Positions 47,035 to 57,006 are shown, counted from the first letter of the stretch. The stretch is DNA of 64,000 nt from Gammaproteobacteria bacterium (GCA_047601185.1 JASGJS010000001.1:1636340-1700339); one strand, 5' to 3'. The notes: generated by a model not told the origin, from the sequence alone. Made by a program: numbers and translations.

Positions 47035-47761
47035 GATGAATACTGTCTAATTGCTGTTGCGTTTGATTGGCCAAGTCGTGTTCTCCCAACGCATGATAAC
47101 TGATGACCATAATTTTCAGAGCAGATGCCGCTTGAGCAGACCCTGGATATTGTCGTACCAGTTCAACCGATCGATTCACCGCAGCCACATACGCTCGATA
47201 GCGTAAATAATATTCCGCAATGTTAAGTTGGTGTTGCGCTAACAAATCTCTGGCCTGCAACCGATGCTGCGCTGCCGACGGTGCATAGGCGCTATTGGGA
47301 TAACGCTGGATCAATAAATCAAAATCTTGATAGGCTTGTTCGATATTACTGGTATCTCGTTGTGACGCTTCAGAGCGTGCCCAGTGATCCATCCAGGTAT
47401 CGGGAGGCCCCATATTGATCAATCCTTTCATATAATACGCATAATCAACGCCTGAACCGGCAGGATAAAGCCGGATGTAACGATCAACCGCGGCTAATGC
47501 AGAATCAGTATCCCCTTTTTTATAATAGGCATAAATGATATCTAACTGCGCTTGTTGGGTGTAAGGGCCAAAAGGATATAACACGTCTAGCGCTTCGAAG
47601 TCAGCCACCGCCGCTTCGTAATGTTTCTTTTTTAAATGTTGCTCGCCCCGTTGAAAAATCGCTTGATCAGATAATCCTTTATAAGCATGGTAGGGTTCAG
47701 TGGTCTTACAGGCTGTTAGCGCAATCCCTATGAATAAAAAGAGTAAATATATCAATCGCAT
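47027..47761 (-). CDS. bamD: Outer membrane protein assembly factor BamD
   Basis: Lipoprotein signal with lipobox LTAC and a TPR-like body. It is in the conserved divergent arrangement with rluD. Confidence 0.9.
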   Translation of the reverse strand: MRLIYLLFLFIGIALTACKTTEPYHAYKGLSDQAIFQRGEQHLKKKHYEAAVADFEALDVLYPFGPYTQQAQLDIIYAYYKKGDTDSALAAVDRYIRLYPAGSGVDYAYYMKGLINMGPPDTWMDHWARSEASQRDTSNIEQAYQDFDLLIQRYPNSAYAPSAAQHRLQARDLLAQHQLNIAEYYLRYRAYVAAVNRSVELVRQYPGSAQAASALKIMVISYHALGEHDLANQTQQQLDSIHHG

Positions 47762-47933
47762 AAGTTACTTTCCGTTTTTTATTTATGAATCGACCTAGAA
47801 TACCTGGTGACAAAATTAATGTAAAGGTAATACTAACCTAGCAATAATGTGCTTTTTTTCTTTTAGCAAAATCTCGTCCATTATGGATTATCGTTCGGAC
47901 TATCGCTCCAAATAAAATCTGTTATAATGGCTT

Positions 47934-48890
47934 ATGACTATTTCTCAGACTATTGAACTCAGCGCCACTATCCCTCCAGAATATCAAGGGTTTCGCTTAG
48001 ATCAAACACTCGCTAAGTTATTTCCAGATTATTCTCGCGCACGGCTGCAAGCTTGGATTCAAGCTGGGCAGGTTAAAATTGATCAGCAATGCTTGCGGGC
48101 GAAAGATAAAATCCAGGCCGGGCAACAGGTCACTCTTTTAGCCACATTACATCAAGAAATTCCTTGGGCCGGGCAGAATATCCCTTTACAAATTGTGTAT
48201 GAAGATGAAAGTATCATCGTCCTTAATAAACCTGCAGGGTTGATCGTGCATCCTGGCGCCGGCCATGCAGATCAAACCCTCGTCAATGCCCTGCTCCATC
48301 ATGCCCCTGAGTTAGCCCAACTACCACGAGGCGGTATTGTGCATCGTTTAGATAAAGAGACTTCAGGATTGATGGTGGTGGCCCGTTCGTTGCAAGCTCA
48401 TACCCAGTTAGTCCAGCAAATACAAGCACATGCGGTAGAACGAGAATATATCGCCATTGCCCGGGGTGTCATGGTCGCGGGTAAAACAGTCGATGCGCCG
48501 ATGGGCCGTCATCCTACTCGTCGGACTCAAATGGCCGTGATTGAGGACGGTAAACCGGCCGTGACGCATTACCGCGTGCTGGAGCGATTTAAAGCCCATA
48601 CCTATTTACGAGCGTTTTTAGAAACGGGCAGGACGCATCAAATCCGTGTTCATCTCGCCCATGTCGGTTTCCCGCTGGTGGGTGATCCGCTGTATGGCGG
48701 GCGACTTATTCTGCCTAAAGGCTGTTCAGAGACCCTGAAATTAACGCTACAACAGTTTAAGCGCCAAGCGCTGCATGCCCAAAAATTGACGTTACAACAT
48801 CCTGTTTCACAACAACCCATGAGTTGGGAAGCTGAACCCCCCAGTGATTTTCAGCACTTGCTTCGCTGTTTACAAGAAGATAAGATTTAA
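47934..48890 (+). CDS. rluD: 23S rRNA pseudouridine synthase D
   Basis: S4 domain followed by the catalytic motif HRLDKETSGL and the GRTHQIRVH motif. Confidence 0.93.
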   Translation: MTISQTIELSATIPPEYQGFRLDQTLAKLFPDYSRARLQAWIQAGQVKIDQQCLRAKDKIQAGQQVTLLATLHQEIPWAGQNIPLQIVYEDESIIVLNKPAGLIVHPGAGHADQTLVNALLHHAPELAQLPRGGIVHRLDKETSGLMVVARSLQAHTQLVQQIQAHAVEREYIAIARGVMVAGKTVDAPMGRHPTRRTQMAVIEDGKPAVTHYRVLERFKAHTYLRAFLETGRTHQIRVHLAHVGFPLVGDPLYGGRLILPKGCSETLKLTLQQFKRQALHAQKLTLQHPVSQQPMSWEAEPPSDFQHLLRCLQEDKI

Positions 48891-48892
48891 CG

Positions 48893-49624
48893 ATGCTAAA
48901 CTTTCTGACACCCAATTGGCCCGCTCCCAAACACATTCGCGCTTATACCACTTTGCGCACCGGTGGATGCAGCGAAGGGCCTTATGCCAGCTTTAATCTC
49001 AGCGGTCGAGAAAACGACCCCGCTGTCCCTGCCAATCGCGAATTACTTAAACAACAATTAGGTTACACCCTCGATCCCATTTGGATCAGCCAAGTGCATG
49101 GCACCCAGGCCGTTTTAGCTGAAGAAAATAGGCAAACTTCACCAGAAGCTGACGCGGTTTATACGCGCACGACCGGCTTACCGGCTTTGATCTTAACAGC
49201 AGATTGTTTACCCGTCTTAATCTGCAACAAAGAAGGCTCCGAAGTCGCTGCCATTCATGCCGGCTGGAAAGGTTTACTCGCGGGTGTGATTGAAGCCACG
49301 ATAATGAAATTACAATCCTCTCCCGATCAGCTGATGGCCTGGTTAGGCCCTGCAATTGGCCCTCAATATTTTGAAGTGGGCCCTGAAGTGCGAGATGCTT
49401 TTGTACAAAAATCTGCCGAATCGGCGGCAGCTTTCGCGCCTTATAACTCAGGTCGCTGGCTAGCCGATATTTACCAGCTGGCACGGCAACGCTTAGCACA
49501 ATGTCGAGTGGCGCGGGTCTATGGCGGTGAATATTGTACTTATGCAGATTCTGAAAAATTTTATTCCTTTCGTCGGGACCAAGGTGTTACTGGGCGAATG
49601 GCGAGCTTAATTTGGATACATTAA
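48893..49624 (+). CDS. pgeF: YfiH/PgeF family (peptidoglycan editing factor / laccase-domain) protein
   Basis: DUF152 motifs QVHG, TADCLPV and HAGWKG. It follows rluD as in E. coli. Confidence 0.9.
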   Translation: MLNFLTPNWPAPKHIRAYTTLRTGGCSEGPYASFNLSGRENDPAVPANRELLKQQLGYTLDPIWISQVHGTQAVLAEENRQTSPEADAVYTRTTGLPALILTADCLPVLICNKEGSEVAAIHAGWKGLLAGVIEATIMKLQSSPDQLMAWLGPAIGPQYFEVGPEVRDAFVQKSAESAAAFAPYNSGRWLADIYQLARQRLAQCRVARVYGGEYCTYADSEKFYSFRRDQGVTGRMASLIWIH

Positions 49625-49634
49625 AGGGCTGATT

Positions 49635-51041
49635 ATGAAGAAAATAGCGATTGTTCTTGGATTAACACTGAGTCTTTCCACTCTGCCTGCCAGCTATGCG
49701 GACTTACCACCGCAAGTCAATGGCAAAATTGTCACCAGCATTTCTGGCATGCTCTCAACGGTTTTACCCAGTGTCGTGAATATCACCGTATTAGGGGAAG
49801 CAGCTGTCCATCCTAACCCCAAATCGCGCTCTCCTCGATCGCAAGGCAATAATGGTAATGGGGGAGATGACGACAATAGCAATGATAATGCACCCGGATT
49901 GCCGTTCAGACGATTCCAAGAAATGGGCTCTGGGGTCATCATTGATGCCACTAAGGGCTATATTGTGACGAATGCTCACGTCGTGGCCGATGCTAAAAAT
50001 ATTACTGTGACATTAAATGACGGCCGTTTGTATAAAGCCAAATTGATTGGATATGACAAACCCTCCGATGTCGCAGTCCTCCAACTTAATACAAAAGGTT
50101 TAACCGCCTTGCCCTTCGCCAATTCTGATAATTTGAAAGTCGGTGATTTTGTCGCTGCGATTGGCAGCCCTTTTGGTTTACAACAAACTGTCACTTCTGG
50201 GGTGATTAGCGCGTTAAATCGCAATAATTTAGGGATTGAAGGCTATGAAAACTTTATTCAAACCGATGCTTCCATTAATCCCGGCAATTCTGGCGGCGCG
50301 CTGGTCAATCTCAAAGGCGAATTGATCGGGGTCAATACCGCATTACTGGGACCTGTCAGCGGGAATGTCGGGATTGGTTTTGCCATCCCCAGTAACATGG
50401 TGAAACAAGTCGCAACGCAATTGATACTCTATGGTAAGGTCCAACGCGGGATTCTCGGCGTGATGGTGCAAAATCTGACCCCAGAATTAGCCGATGCCTT
50501 TAATATCAGCGGCAAACAAGGAGCGTTGGTGACCAATGTGATTCCAGGCTCTCCTGCTGCTAAAGCGGGCTTGCAAATTCAAGACGTGATTGAAAAACTC
50601 AATAACGTCGATATTACCAGTGGTGCACAAGTGCGCAATATGGTGGGTTTACTCCCCTTTGGGACCAAAGTGACCATGCAAGTCCATCGCAAAGATAAAA
50701 CGATGGAGATCTCGACCACCATCATGAATCCTAAAGCCATTAAAATGGCGACGGCACCTGAGCTAAATTCATTCCTTGAGGGGGTCAGACTGACCACCTA
50801 TGACCAATTAGTACCGGATTTTGGGCAGGTTAAAGGCGTGGGTGTGTTGGATGTGGATCAAACCAGTGACGCTTGGGTCAGTGGATTAAGACCAGGCGAC
50901 GTTATTGTCGAAGCCAATGGTAAACCCGTGCCAGATATCAGCGCTTTGATGAATGCTATTAAAGACAATTCGGATCGGTTGTTGTTAAAAGTCGGCAAGG
51001 ATGATGGGATGGTGTTTTTGGTGATTAATCGGTTTCAATGA
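49635..51041 (+). CDS. htrA: Periplasmic serine endoprotease DegP/DegQ family
   Basis: Signal peptide, catalytic triad context (TNAHVV, DVAVLQ, GNSGGAL) and two PDZ domains. There is a Gly/Asn/Asp-rich linker insertion. Confidence 0.93.
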   Translation: MKKIAIVLGLTLSLSTLPASYADLPPQVNGKIVTSISGMLSTVLPSVVNITVLGEAAVHPNPKSRSPRSQGNNGNGGDDDNSNDNAPGLPFRRFQEMGSGVIIDATKGYIVTNAHVVADAKNITVTLNDGRLYKAKLIGYDKPSDVAVLQLNTKGLTALPFANSDNLKVGDFVAAIGSPFGLQQTVTSGVISALNRNNLGIEGYENFIQTDASINPGNSGGALVNLKGELIGVNTALLGPVSGNVGIGFAIPSNMVKQVATQLILYGKVQRGILGVMVQNLTPELADAFNISGKQGALVTNVIPGSPAAKAGLQIQDVIEKLNNVDITSGAQVRNMVGLLPFGTKVTMQVHRKDKTMEISTTIMNPKAIKMATAPELNSFLEGVRLTTYDQLVPDFGQVKGVGVLDVDQTSDAWVSGLRPGDVIVEANGKPVPDISALMNAIKDNSDRLLLKVGKDDGMVFLVINRFQ

Positions 51042-51217
51042 AATCTCTAGGAGCGGGCTAGCAGCCCGCGCCCCCAGGGGCTCGAGCCATAATGGCCGAG
51101 AGCATCCTTGATCTAAGACGAGATAGCTTTTGAAGACCGAGAAAGGCTTGAAGATACAGAGGGCTCAACTTTAAGCAATGGCTCGAGCCCCTGGGAGCGC
51201 GGGCTGCTAGCCCGCTT
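51041..51217. mobile_element. Family-B element, copy B6
   Basis: ..GAGCGGGCTAGCAGCCCGCGCCCCCAGGGGCTCGAGCC - internal - GGCTCGAGCCCCTGGGAGCGCGGGCTGCTAGCCCGCTTAAAA. Confidence 0.9.
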
Positions 51218-51226
51218 AAAAATTCT

Positions 51227-52096
51227 TCACGATTTTGCTAAAGCCTTAACTTCAGCGAGTGGCAATTCTGTTAAAGCTGCAATTTCTTCTAAGGAAAAGC
51301 CTTTGTCCAGTAAATTACATGCTATTGCATGCTTGGCTTTTTGCTCGCCTTTTTGCTCGCCCTTTTCTAACCCAATCGCAATACCCTCTTCTCGGAGACC
51401 GTATTGTAGTGTTTTTTCAGTACTAATCGCATCCCAGTATCGATTGTAAGACGCCAATTCTCCTGGCGTATAGGCGGCTTCTTCCGCCAAATCAAGCGCT
51501 TGTTTAATTTCTGGAACTTCTAACCATTCTGGTGGAGCTTGATTGGCTTTTTCATTTAACTCTGCTATAAAACGCAACCATAATACTTGTAGCTTTTTTT
51601 CCTTCACATTCTTCGCTTTAAATTTCGGTAGTTCGATAAAGACCAGTTGTAAATCTTTAATTTCTGCTTTAGGCTTTTCCACATTAACAATCTTATAGTG
51701 GTGGTACCAGTCTTCCTGGTCAGGATCAAAGGTGGTATTGAGTAAACCCAAACCATAAACGGGCTTGAGAAGATGATACTGCTCTCCTCTTTCCAATTGA
51801 TTCACATACGCTCTCGCATTAAATAACATTCGCTGCATAAAACCGGTAGTCCATTGAATCTGCATTTCGACAATAAAGATTCGCCCCTGTTGATCGGTAC
51901 AGCGGACATCCACCACCGTATATTTAAAACTGGGAATTTGTGGAACTTGCTCATTGGATAAATATTCCAGACTGACAATTAAACCATCTTCAGGCAATGG
52001 CAGTACGGCATTGAGAAAGCTCTTTAATAGGTGTGGGTGTTGACCAAATATTTTTTTAAAGACAATATCAATTTTAGGATCCAGATAGCGCGACAT
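51227..52096 (-). CDS. Rpn-family PD-(D/E)XK recombination-promoting nuclease / putative transposase, copy 1 (289 aa)
   Basis: N-terminus YLDPKIDIVFKKIFG..LL.SFLNAVL and core VVDVRCTD..IFIVEMQIQW (D..E.Q) typical of the TIGR01784/Rpn family. The C-terminal tail is HTH-like. Confidence 0.85.
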   Translation of the reverse strand: MSRYLDPKIDIVFKKIFGQHPHLLKSFLNAVLPLPEDGLIVSLEYLSNEQVPQIPSFKYTVVDVRCTDQQGRIFIVEMQIQWTTGFMQRMLFNARAYVNQLERGEQYHLLKPVYGLGLLNTTFDPDQEDWYHHYKIVNVEKPKAEIKDLQLVFIELPKFKAKNVKEKKLQVLWLRFIAELNEKANQAPPEWLEVPEIKQALDLAEEAAYTPGELASYNRYWDAISTEKTLQYGLREEGIAIGLEKGEQKGEQKAKHAIACNLLDKGFSLEEIAALTELPLAEVKALAKS

Positions 52097-52169
52097 AGCA
52101 GCACTCCAAGAACGTCATTTTCTTACCATAGCAAAAAGCCAAGCATTAAGCAATCTGGTGAAAATCTCT

Positions 52170-52344
52170 AAAGCAGCGGGCTAGCAGCCCGCACTCCCAA
52201 GCTCGAGCCATCATCACTGAGAGCATACTCAATCTAAGACGAGATAGCAGCTTTTGAAGACCGAGAAAGGCTTGAAGATACAGAAGGTGCAACTTTAAGC
52301 AATGGCTCGAGCTCCTGGGAGCGCGGGCTGCTAGCCCGCTTTTT
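52170..52344. mobile_element. Family-B element, copy B7
   Basis: Same architecture and internal sequence as B6, with a few SNPs. Confidence 0.9.
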
Positions 52345-52350
52345 AATTCT

Positions 52351-53199
52351 TCACGATTTTGCTAAAGCCTTAACTTCAGCGAGTGGCAATTCTGTTAAAG
52401 CTGCAACTTCTTCCAAAGGTAAGCCTATATTCAATAGTTTATACGCTATTGCATGCTTGGCTTTTTGCTCGCCAATGGCGATGCCTTCCTCTCGGAGACC
52501 GTATTGTAGCGTTTTTTCAGTACTAATCGCATCCCAGTATCGATTGTAAGACTCTAACTCTCCTGGCGTATAGGCAGCTTCTTCCGCCAAATCGAGTGCT
52601 TGTTTAATTTCTGGAACTTCTAACCATTCTGGTGGAGCTTGATTGGCTTTTTCATTTAACTCTGCTATAAAACGCAACCATAATACTTGTAGCTTTTTTT
52701 CCTTCACATTCTTCGCTTTAAATTTCGGCAACTCGATAAAGACCAGTTGTAGATCTTTAATTTCTGCTTTAGGCTTTTCCACATTAACAATCTTATAGTG
52801 GTGGTACCAGTCTTCCTGGTCAGGATCAAAGGTGGTATTGAGTAAACCCAAACCATAAACGGGCTTGAGAAGATGATACTGCTCTCCTCTTTCCAATTGA
52901 TTCACATACGCTTGACTCGCATTAAATAACATTCGCTGCATAAAACCGGTAGTCCATTGAATCTGCATTTCGACAATAAAGATTCGCCCCTGTTGATCGG
53001 TACAGCGGACATCCACCACCGTATATTTAAAACTGGGAATTTGTGGAACTTGCTCATTGGATAAATATTCCAGACTGACAATTAAACCATCTTCAGGCAA
53101 TGGCAGTACGGCATTGAGAAAGCTCTTTAATAGGTGTGGGTGTTGGCCAAATATTTTTTTAAAGACAATATCAATTTTAGGATCCAGATAGCGCGACAT
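52351..53199 (-). CDS. Rpn-family PD-(D/E)XK nuclease / putative transposase, copy 2 (282 aa)
   Basis: Near-identical to copy 1 except for a 3-nt indel (NARAY vs NASQAY) and a mosaic patch in the last ~55 codons. Confidence 0.85.
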   Translation of the reverse strand: MSRYLDPKIDIVFKKIFGQHPHLLKSFLNAVLPLPEDGLIVSLEYLSNEQVPQIPSFKYTVVDVRCTDQQGRIFIVEMQIQWTTGFMQRMLFNASQAYVNQLERGEQYHLLKPVYGLGLLNTTFDPDQEDWYHHYKIVNVEKPKAEIKDLQLVFIELPKFKAKNVKEKKLQVLWLRFIAELNEKANQAPPEWLEVPEIKQALDLAEEAAYTPGELESYNRYWDAISTEKTLQYGLREEGIAIGEQKAKHAIAYKLLNIGLPLEEVAALTELPLAEVKALAKS

Positions 53200-53273
53200 A
53201 AAAGTGCTCCAAGAACATCATTTTTCTTACCATAGCAAAAAGTCAAACATTAAGCAATCTGGTGAAAATCTCT

Positions 53274-53445
53274 AAAGCAGCGGGCTAGCAGCCCGCGCTC
53301 CCAGGCTCGAGCCAGAATGGCCGAGAGCATCCTCGATCTAAATTGAGGTAGAAGCTTTGAAAAGCGAGAAAGGCTTTAAGCTACGAAAAGCTCAATTTTA
53401 ATCATGGCTTGAGCTTTTGGGAGCACGGGCTGCTAGCCCGCTTTT
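53274..53445. mobile_element. Family-B element, copy B8
   Basis: AAAGCAGCGGGCTAGCAGCCCGCGCTCCCAGGCTCGAGCC - internal - GGCTTGAGCTTTTGGGAGCACGGGCTGCTAGCCCGCTTTT. Confidence 0.9.
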
Positions 53446-54872
53446 AGCCAAATTTTCGATTGTCTGATAGCTTGTTCTACAAATAAATTATTTCCTGTGA
53501 TACATTCCCATTTTGCAGCATTTGCTTTTTGTAAAAATAATGTCGGTGTTGGTTGGTAAACAATATCCATCGCAACTTGTTGGCCTTGAGCTTGAGGAAG
53601 TGTCCAAGCTTGACATTGTGCTGAGAAAGCAGCTGCGGGCAAAGTATTCACAATTACAATATAAGGTAAACTCGTTTGCTGAAACAATTCGGCAAAACTA
53701 ATGAAGTCACATCCTAAACGTTGGCAAACTTTTTTGGCTTTAGCGACTGTGCGATTGCAAATGGTCACGTGAGCACCGCGTTGGATCAAACAATAAGCAA
53801 TCGCTTGTGCTGAACCCCCTGCGCCTAAAATCAAAATGGGAACCTGTTTTAAAGATTTTAAAGCTTGCTGCAAAATCTCTGCACCTGCTGTGCCGTCGGT
53901 GTTATATCCCCAATACTGTGAATCAATATTTTTTATCGTGTTGACGATTTGAGTGGCTTGAGCATCGCCTTCTAAATGATCTAATAAAGGCACGATGGTT
54001 TCTTTATGCGGCATTGTGACACTAAAACCCGCGAAAGGAAGTTGCCGCAACAAGTTCATAGCAGATTGTAAATCTTCGGGCGAAATTTTTAATTTGACAT
54101 AGACTGCATTGCGGTTTTGTGACTGAAAGACATGATTATGAAAGCGATGGCCTTGACTATGCGCAACCGGATCGCCTAACAAGGCATAAATTTTCGTGTC
54201 CCGATTTAATTGTTGTACGCGGTAGATGTCTGTTAATTCTGCTAAAGTCAGTTGTCTGGGCGCTGTGGCAGATTCTGGCGTTAAACTGCCATACACAAAA
54301 ATACTCCCTAAAACAGGCGCTAAAATTCGGCTAGCTTCTCCATATTCTCCCATGGCCATCACCATAAGTTGGTGCTGATCACGAAATTGTTGTAAGAAAA
54401 TCATCAAACGCAAAGTGTCACAAATTGAGCGCGCATAAGTGGCAATCTTAATGCAGGAGAAAACTGGATGATTAATTCGCGAAAATAATTCAGTTAAGTG
54501 GCTGGGTGTTTCAGAAAAGTTATGATAAGAACCAATGATTTTGATATTAGGAGAGTGGGCTGTGAGTTTTTGGATAAAGTGGAGATCAACATCCGTTTCA
54601 ATGTCTAAATAATCAGGCGCTAAACTGGCCAGTTTTTCAATCCACGCTAAACGCTGGGCTTCTGTCATATTGCATTGCCCTCCCTGATCAGTTTTACGCA
54701 ATGTAAAAATCACTGGGAGGGTCAATTCGGCACGAAGTGTTTTAATTTCATCAATATTCAGCGTTTGCCAGTAGTCGAACCGCAGCTCCAATACATCCGC
54801 GACGGTTAAAGCCTGTTGAATTTGCACTTTAACGTCGGGTAGCGTCGGCCCAACAATACTGGCAACTCGCAT
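53433..54872 (-). CDS. aroDE: Bifunctional 3-dehydroquinate dehydratase (type I) / shikimate 5-dehydrogenase
   Basis: N-terminal ~225 aa are AroD-like and C-terminal ~250 aa are AroE-like (GDPVAHSQGH, NTDG, Rossmann ILGAGGSAQA). The stop codon lies in the hairpin loop of repeat B8. Confidence 0.85.
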   Translation of the reverse strand: MRVASIVGPTLPDVKVQIQQALTVADVLELRFDYWQTLNIDEIKTLRAELTLPVIFTLRKTDQGGQCNMTEAQRLAWIEKLASLAPDYLDIETDVDLHFIQKLTAHSPNIKIIGSYHNFSETPSHLTELFSRINHPVFSCIKIATYARSICDTLRLMIFLQQFRDQHQLMVMAMGEYGEASRILAPVLGSIFVYGSLTPESATAPRQLTLAELTDIYRVQQLNRDTKIYALLGDPVAHSQGHRFHNHVFQSQNRNAVYVKLKISPEDLQSAMNLLRQLPFAGFSVTMPHKETIVPLLDHLEGDAQATQIVNTIKNIDSQYWGYNTDGTAGAEILQQALKSLKQVPILILGAGGSAQAIAYCLIQRGAHVTICNRTVAKAKKVCQRLGCDFISFAELFQQTSLPYIVIVNTLPAAAFSAQCQAWTLPQAQGQQVAMDIVYQPTPTLFLQKANAAKWECITGNNLFVEQAIRQSKIWLKAG

Positions 54873-56974
54873 TAAGACGCTGCGACAGTGGCCGCTTCTT
54901 TCATGCTTAAACGGATTCGGCCTTGACGATCAATTTCGATCACTTTCACTGTCACGGCTTGACCTTCACTTAACACATCTTGCACATTGGCGACACGCTC
55001 ATTGCTGATTTGAGAGATATGCACTAAACCTTGCTTGCTGGGTGAAATGGCGACGAAAGCGCCGAAATCCGCCAGTTTCACCACGGTGCCTTCGTAGATA
55101 CCACCCACTTCAATTTCAGCGACAATCGCATTAATTCTGCGTAAAGCATCTTCTCCGGCTGCCGTATCCACTGAGGAAATTTTGATGACGCCGGTATCGC
55201 TGATATCGATCACCGCACCGGTTGCTTCAGTAATTTCACGAATGGTGACGCCTCCTTTACCGATGACTTCACGAATCTTATCGGGATGGATTTTAATGGT
55301 GGTGATACGAGGCGCATAAGAAGAAATCGTTTCGCGTGCTTGACCTATTTCTTGATTCATAATGTTTAAAATATGCAAACGACCTTCACGCGCCTGTTCT
55401 AATGCTTGCTCCATAATCTTAACGGTAATTCCATCAATTTTAATATCCATTTGTAACGCAGTAATGCCTTCTAAAGTCCCAGCCACTTTAAAATCCATAT
55501 CACCTAAATGGTCTTCATCACCTAAAATATCGGTAATCACCGCAAACGCATCGCCCTCTTTAATCAACCCCATGGCAATACCAGCAACAGGGGATTTAAT
55601 CGGGACACCAGCATCCATTAACGCTAAGCTACAGCCACAGACACTGGCCATAGAGCTAGAGCCATTCGATTCGGTAATTTCAGAGACCACACGCACCACA
55701 TAAGGGAAGGCTTGAAAAGCCGGCATCACCGCTTGCATCGCGCGTCTGGCTAGGCGCCCATGACCAATTTCACGACGCTTGGGTGAACCGACTTGTCCCA
55801 CTTCACCGACTGAATAAGGGGGAAAATTATAGTGCAACATAAAGAGTTCTTTACGCTCTCCAGTCGGTTCTTCAATCATTTGTGCATCACGTTCGGGCGC
55901 TAAGGTTGCAACCACAATGGCTTGGGTTTCGCCACGGGTAAATAATGCTGACCCATGGGTACGCGGCAACAGACCCGTTCGGACCTGAATAGGCCGCACA
56001 GAAAAATTATCGCGACCATCAATTCGAGGTGTGCCTTGCAAGATATTATGACGTACGACCTGTTCTTCAATCTGGCCAAAGATTTTTTTGATCGTATCGG
56101 CTGAATGGGCGGTAGCTTCATCGCTAGAAGCAGCACCAAATTGAGTGACCAACTCAGCAGCAATTTCACTTAAACGGGTTCTGCGTGCGGGTTTTTCACG
56201 AATTAGGTAGGCGGCGCGAATGGATTCCAGCGCGGCTTCTTTGATGCGCTGTTCTAACACTTGGTCGGTTACAGAAGGCTGCCAAGACCATTCCGTCGAG
56301 CCAGTTTCTGCTACCAATTCTTTAATCGCCTGGATAGCCACTTGCATTTGCTCATGACCAAAAGTAATGGCACCGAGCATGACTTTTTCAGACAGTTCTT
56401 TGGCTTCGGATTCCACCATTAAAACCGCGTGCTCTGTGCCTGCGACTACCAAATCTAAGTCAGATTGCGCGATCGCTTTGTTGCTGGGATTCAATAAATA
56501 TTGCCCATCTTTATAGCCCACGCGAGCTGCGGCAATTGGTCCTTGAAACGGCATGCCGGTCAGGGCTAATGCGGCAGAAGCCCCAATGATGGCCGGAATA
56601 TCAGTTTCCACTTCAGGTTCAATGGATAACACCGTTGCCACAATTTGGACATCGTCTGTAAAATCGCTGGGGAATAAGGGACGCAAGGGGCGATCAATCA
56701 ATCGAGAAATTAAGGTCTCACGCTCAGTGGGGCGTCCTTCACGCTTGAAATAACCGCCAGGAATTTTACCGGTCGCATAAGTGCGTTCCATGTAATTCAC
56801 GGTTAACGGGAAAAAATCACGGGCAGCCGCAGAGCGGGCACCAACCACGGTCACCAATACGACAGTATCGCCCATAGTGACAACGACAGAAGCAGAAGCC
56901 TGGCGGGCAATTGCGCCTGTTTCTAGGGTCACTTGATGTTCCCCGTATTTAAATGTTTTTTTTGTTACGGTCAC
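54872..56974 (-). CDS. pnp: Polyribonucleotide nucleotidyltransferase (PNPase)
   Basis: 700 aa with two RNase PH domains plus KH and S1 domains, downstream of rpsO. Confidence 0.96.
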   Translation of the reverse strand: MTVTKKTFKYGEHQVTLETGAIARQASASVVVTMGDTVVLVTVVGARSAAARDFFPLTVNYMERTYATGKIPGGYFKREGRPTERETLISRLIDRPLRPLFPSDFTDDVQIVATVLSIEPEVETDIPAIIGASAALALTGMPFQGPIAAARVGYKDGQYLLNPSNKAIAQSDLDLVVAGTEHAVLMVESEAKELSEKVMLGAITFGHEQMQVAIQAIKELVAETGSTEWSWQPSVTDQVLEQRIKEAALESIRAAYLIREKPARRTRLSEIAAELVTQFGAASSDEATAHSADTIKKIFGQIEEQVVRHNILQGTPRIDGRDNFSVRPIQVRTGLLPRTHGSALFTRGETQAIVVATLAPERDAQMIEEPTGERKELFMLHYNFPPYSVGEVGQVGSPKRREIGHGRLARRAMQAVMPAFQAFPYVVRVVSEITESNGSSSMASVCGCSLALMDAGVPIKSPVAGIAMGLIKEGDAFAVITDILGDEDHLGDMDFKVAGTLEGITALQMDIKIDGITVKIMEQALEQAREGRLHILNIMNQEIGQARETISSYAPRITTIKIHPDKIREVIGKGGVTIREITEATGAVIDISDTGVIKISSVDTAAGEDALRRINAIVAEIEVGGIYEGTVVKLADFGAFVAISPSKQGLVHISQISNERVANVQDVLSEGQAVTVKVIEIDRQGRIRLSMKEAATVAAS

Positions 56975-57006
56975 AGTAACATCCTCAGTAAAATGTATGA
57001 AAGAGC

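Noticed and set aside
51227-53199. Calling the rpn genes an IS element with its own terminal inverted repeats (R arm - rpn - L arm).
   Set aside because: The conserved ~90-bp internal segment of B elements at unrelated loci shows that L-internal-R is the repeated unit. The same R...L bracketing occurs around ispE. It is kept only as a hypothesis in the findings, not as an annotated IS.
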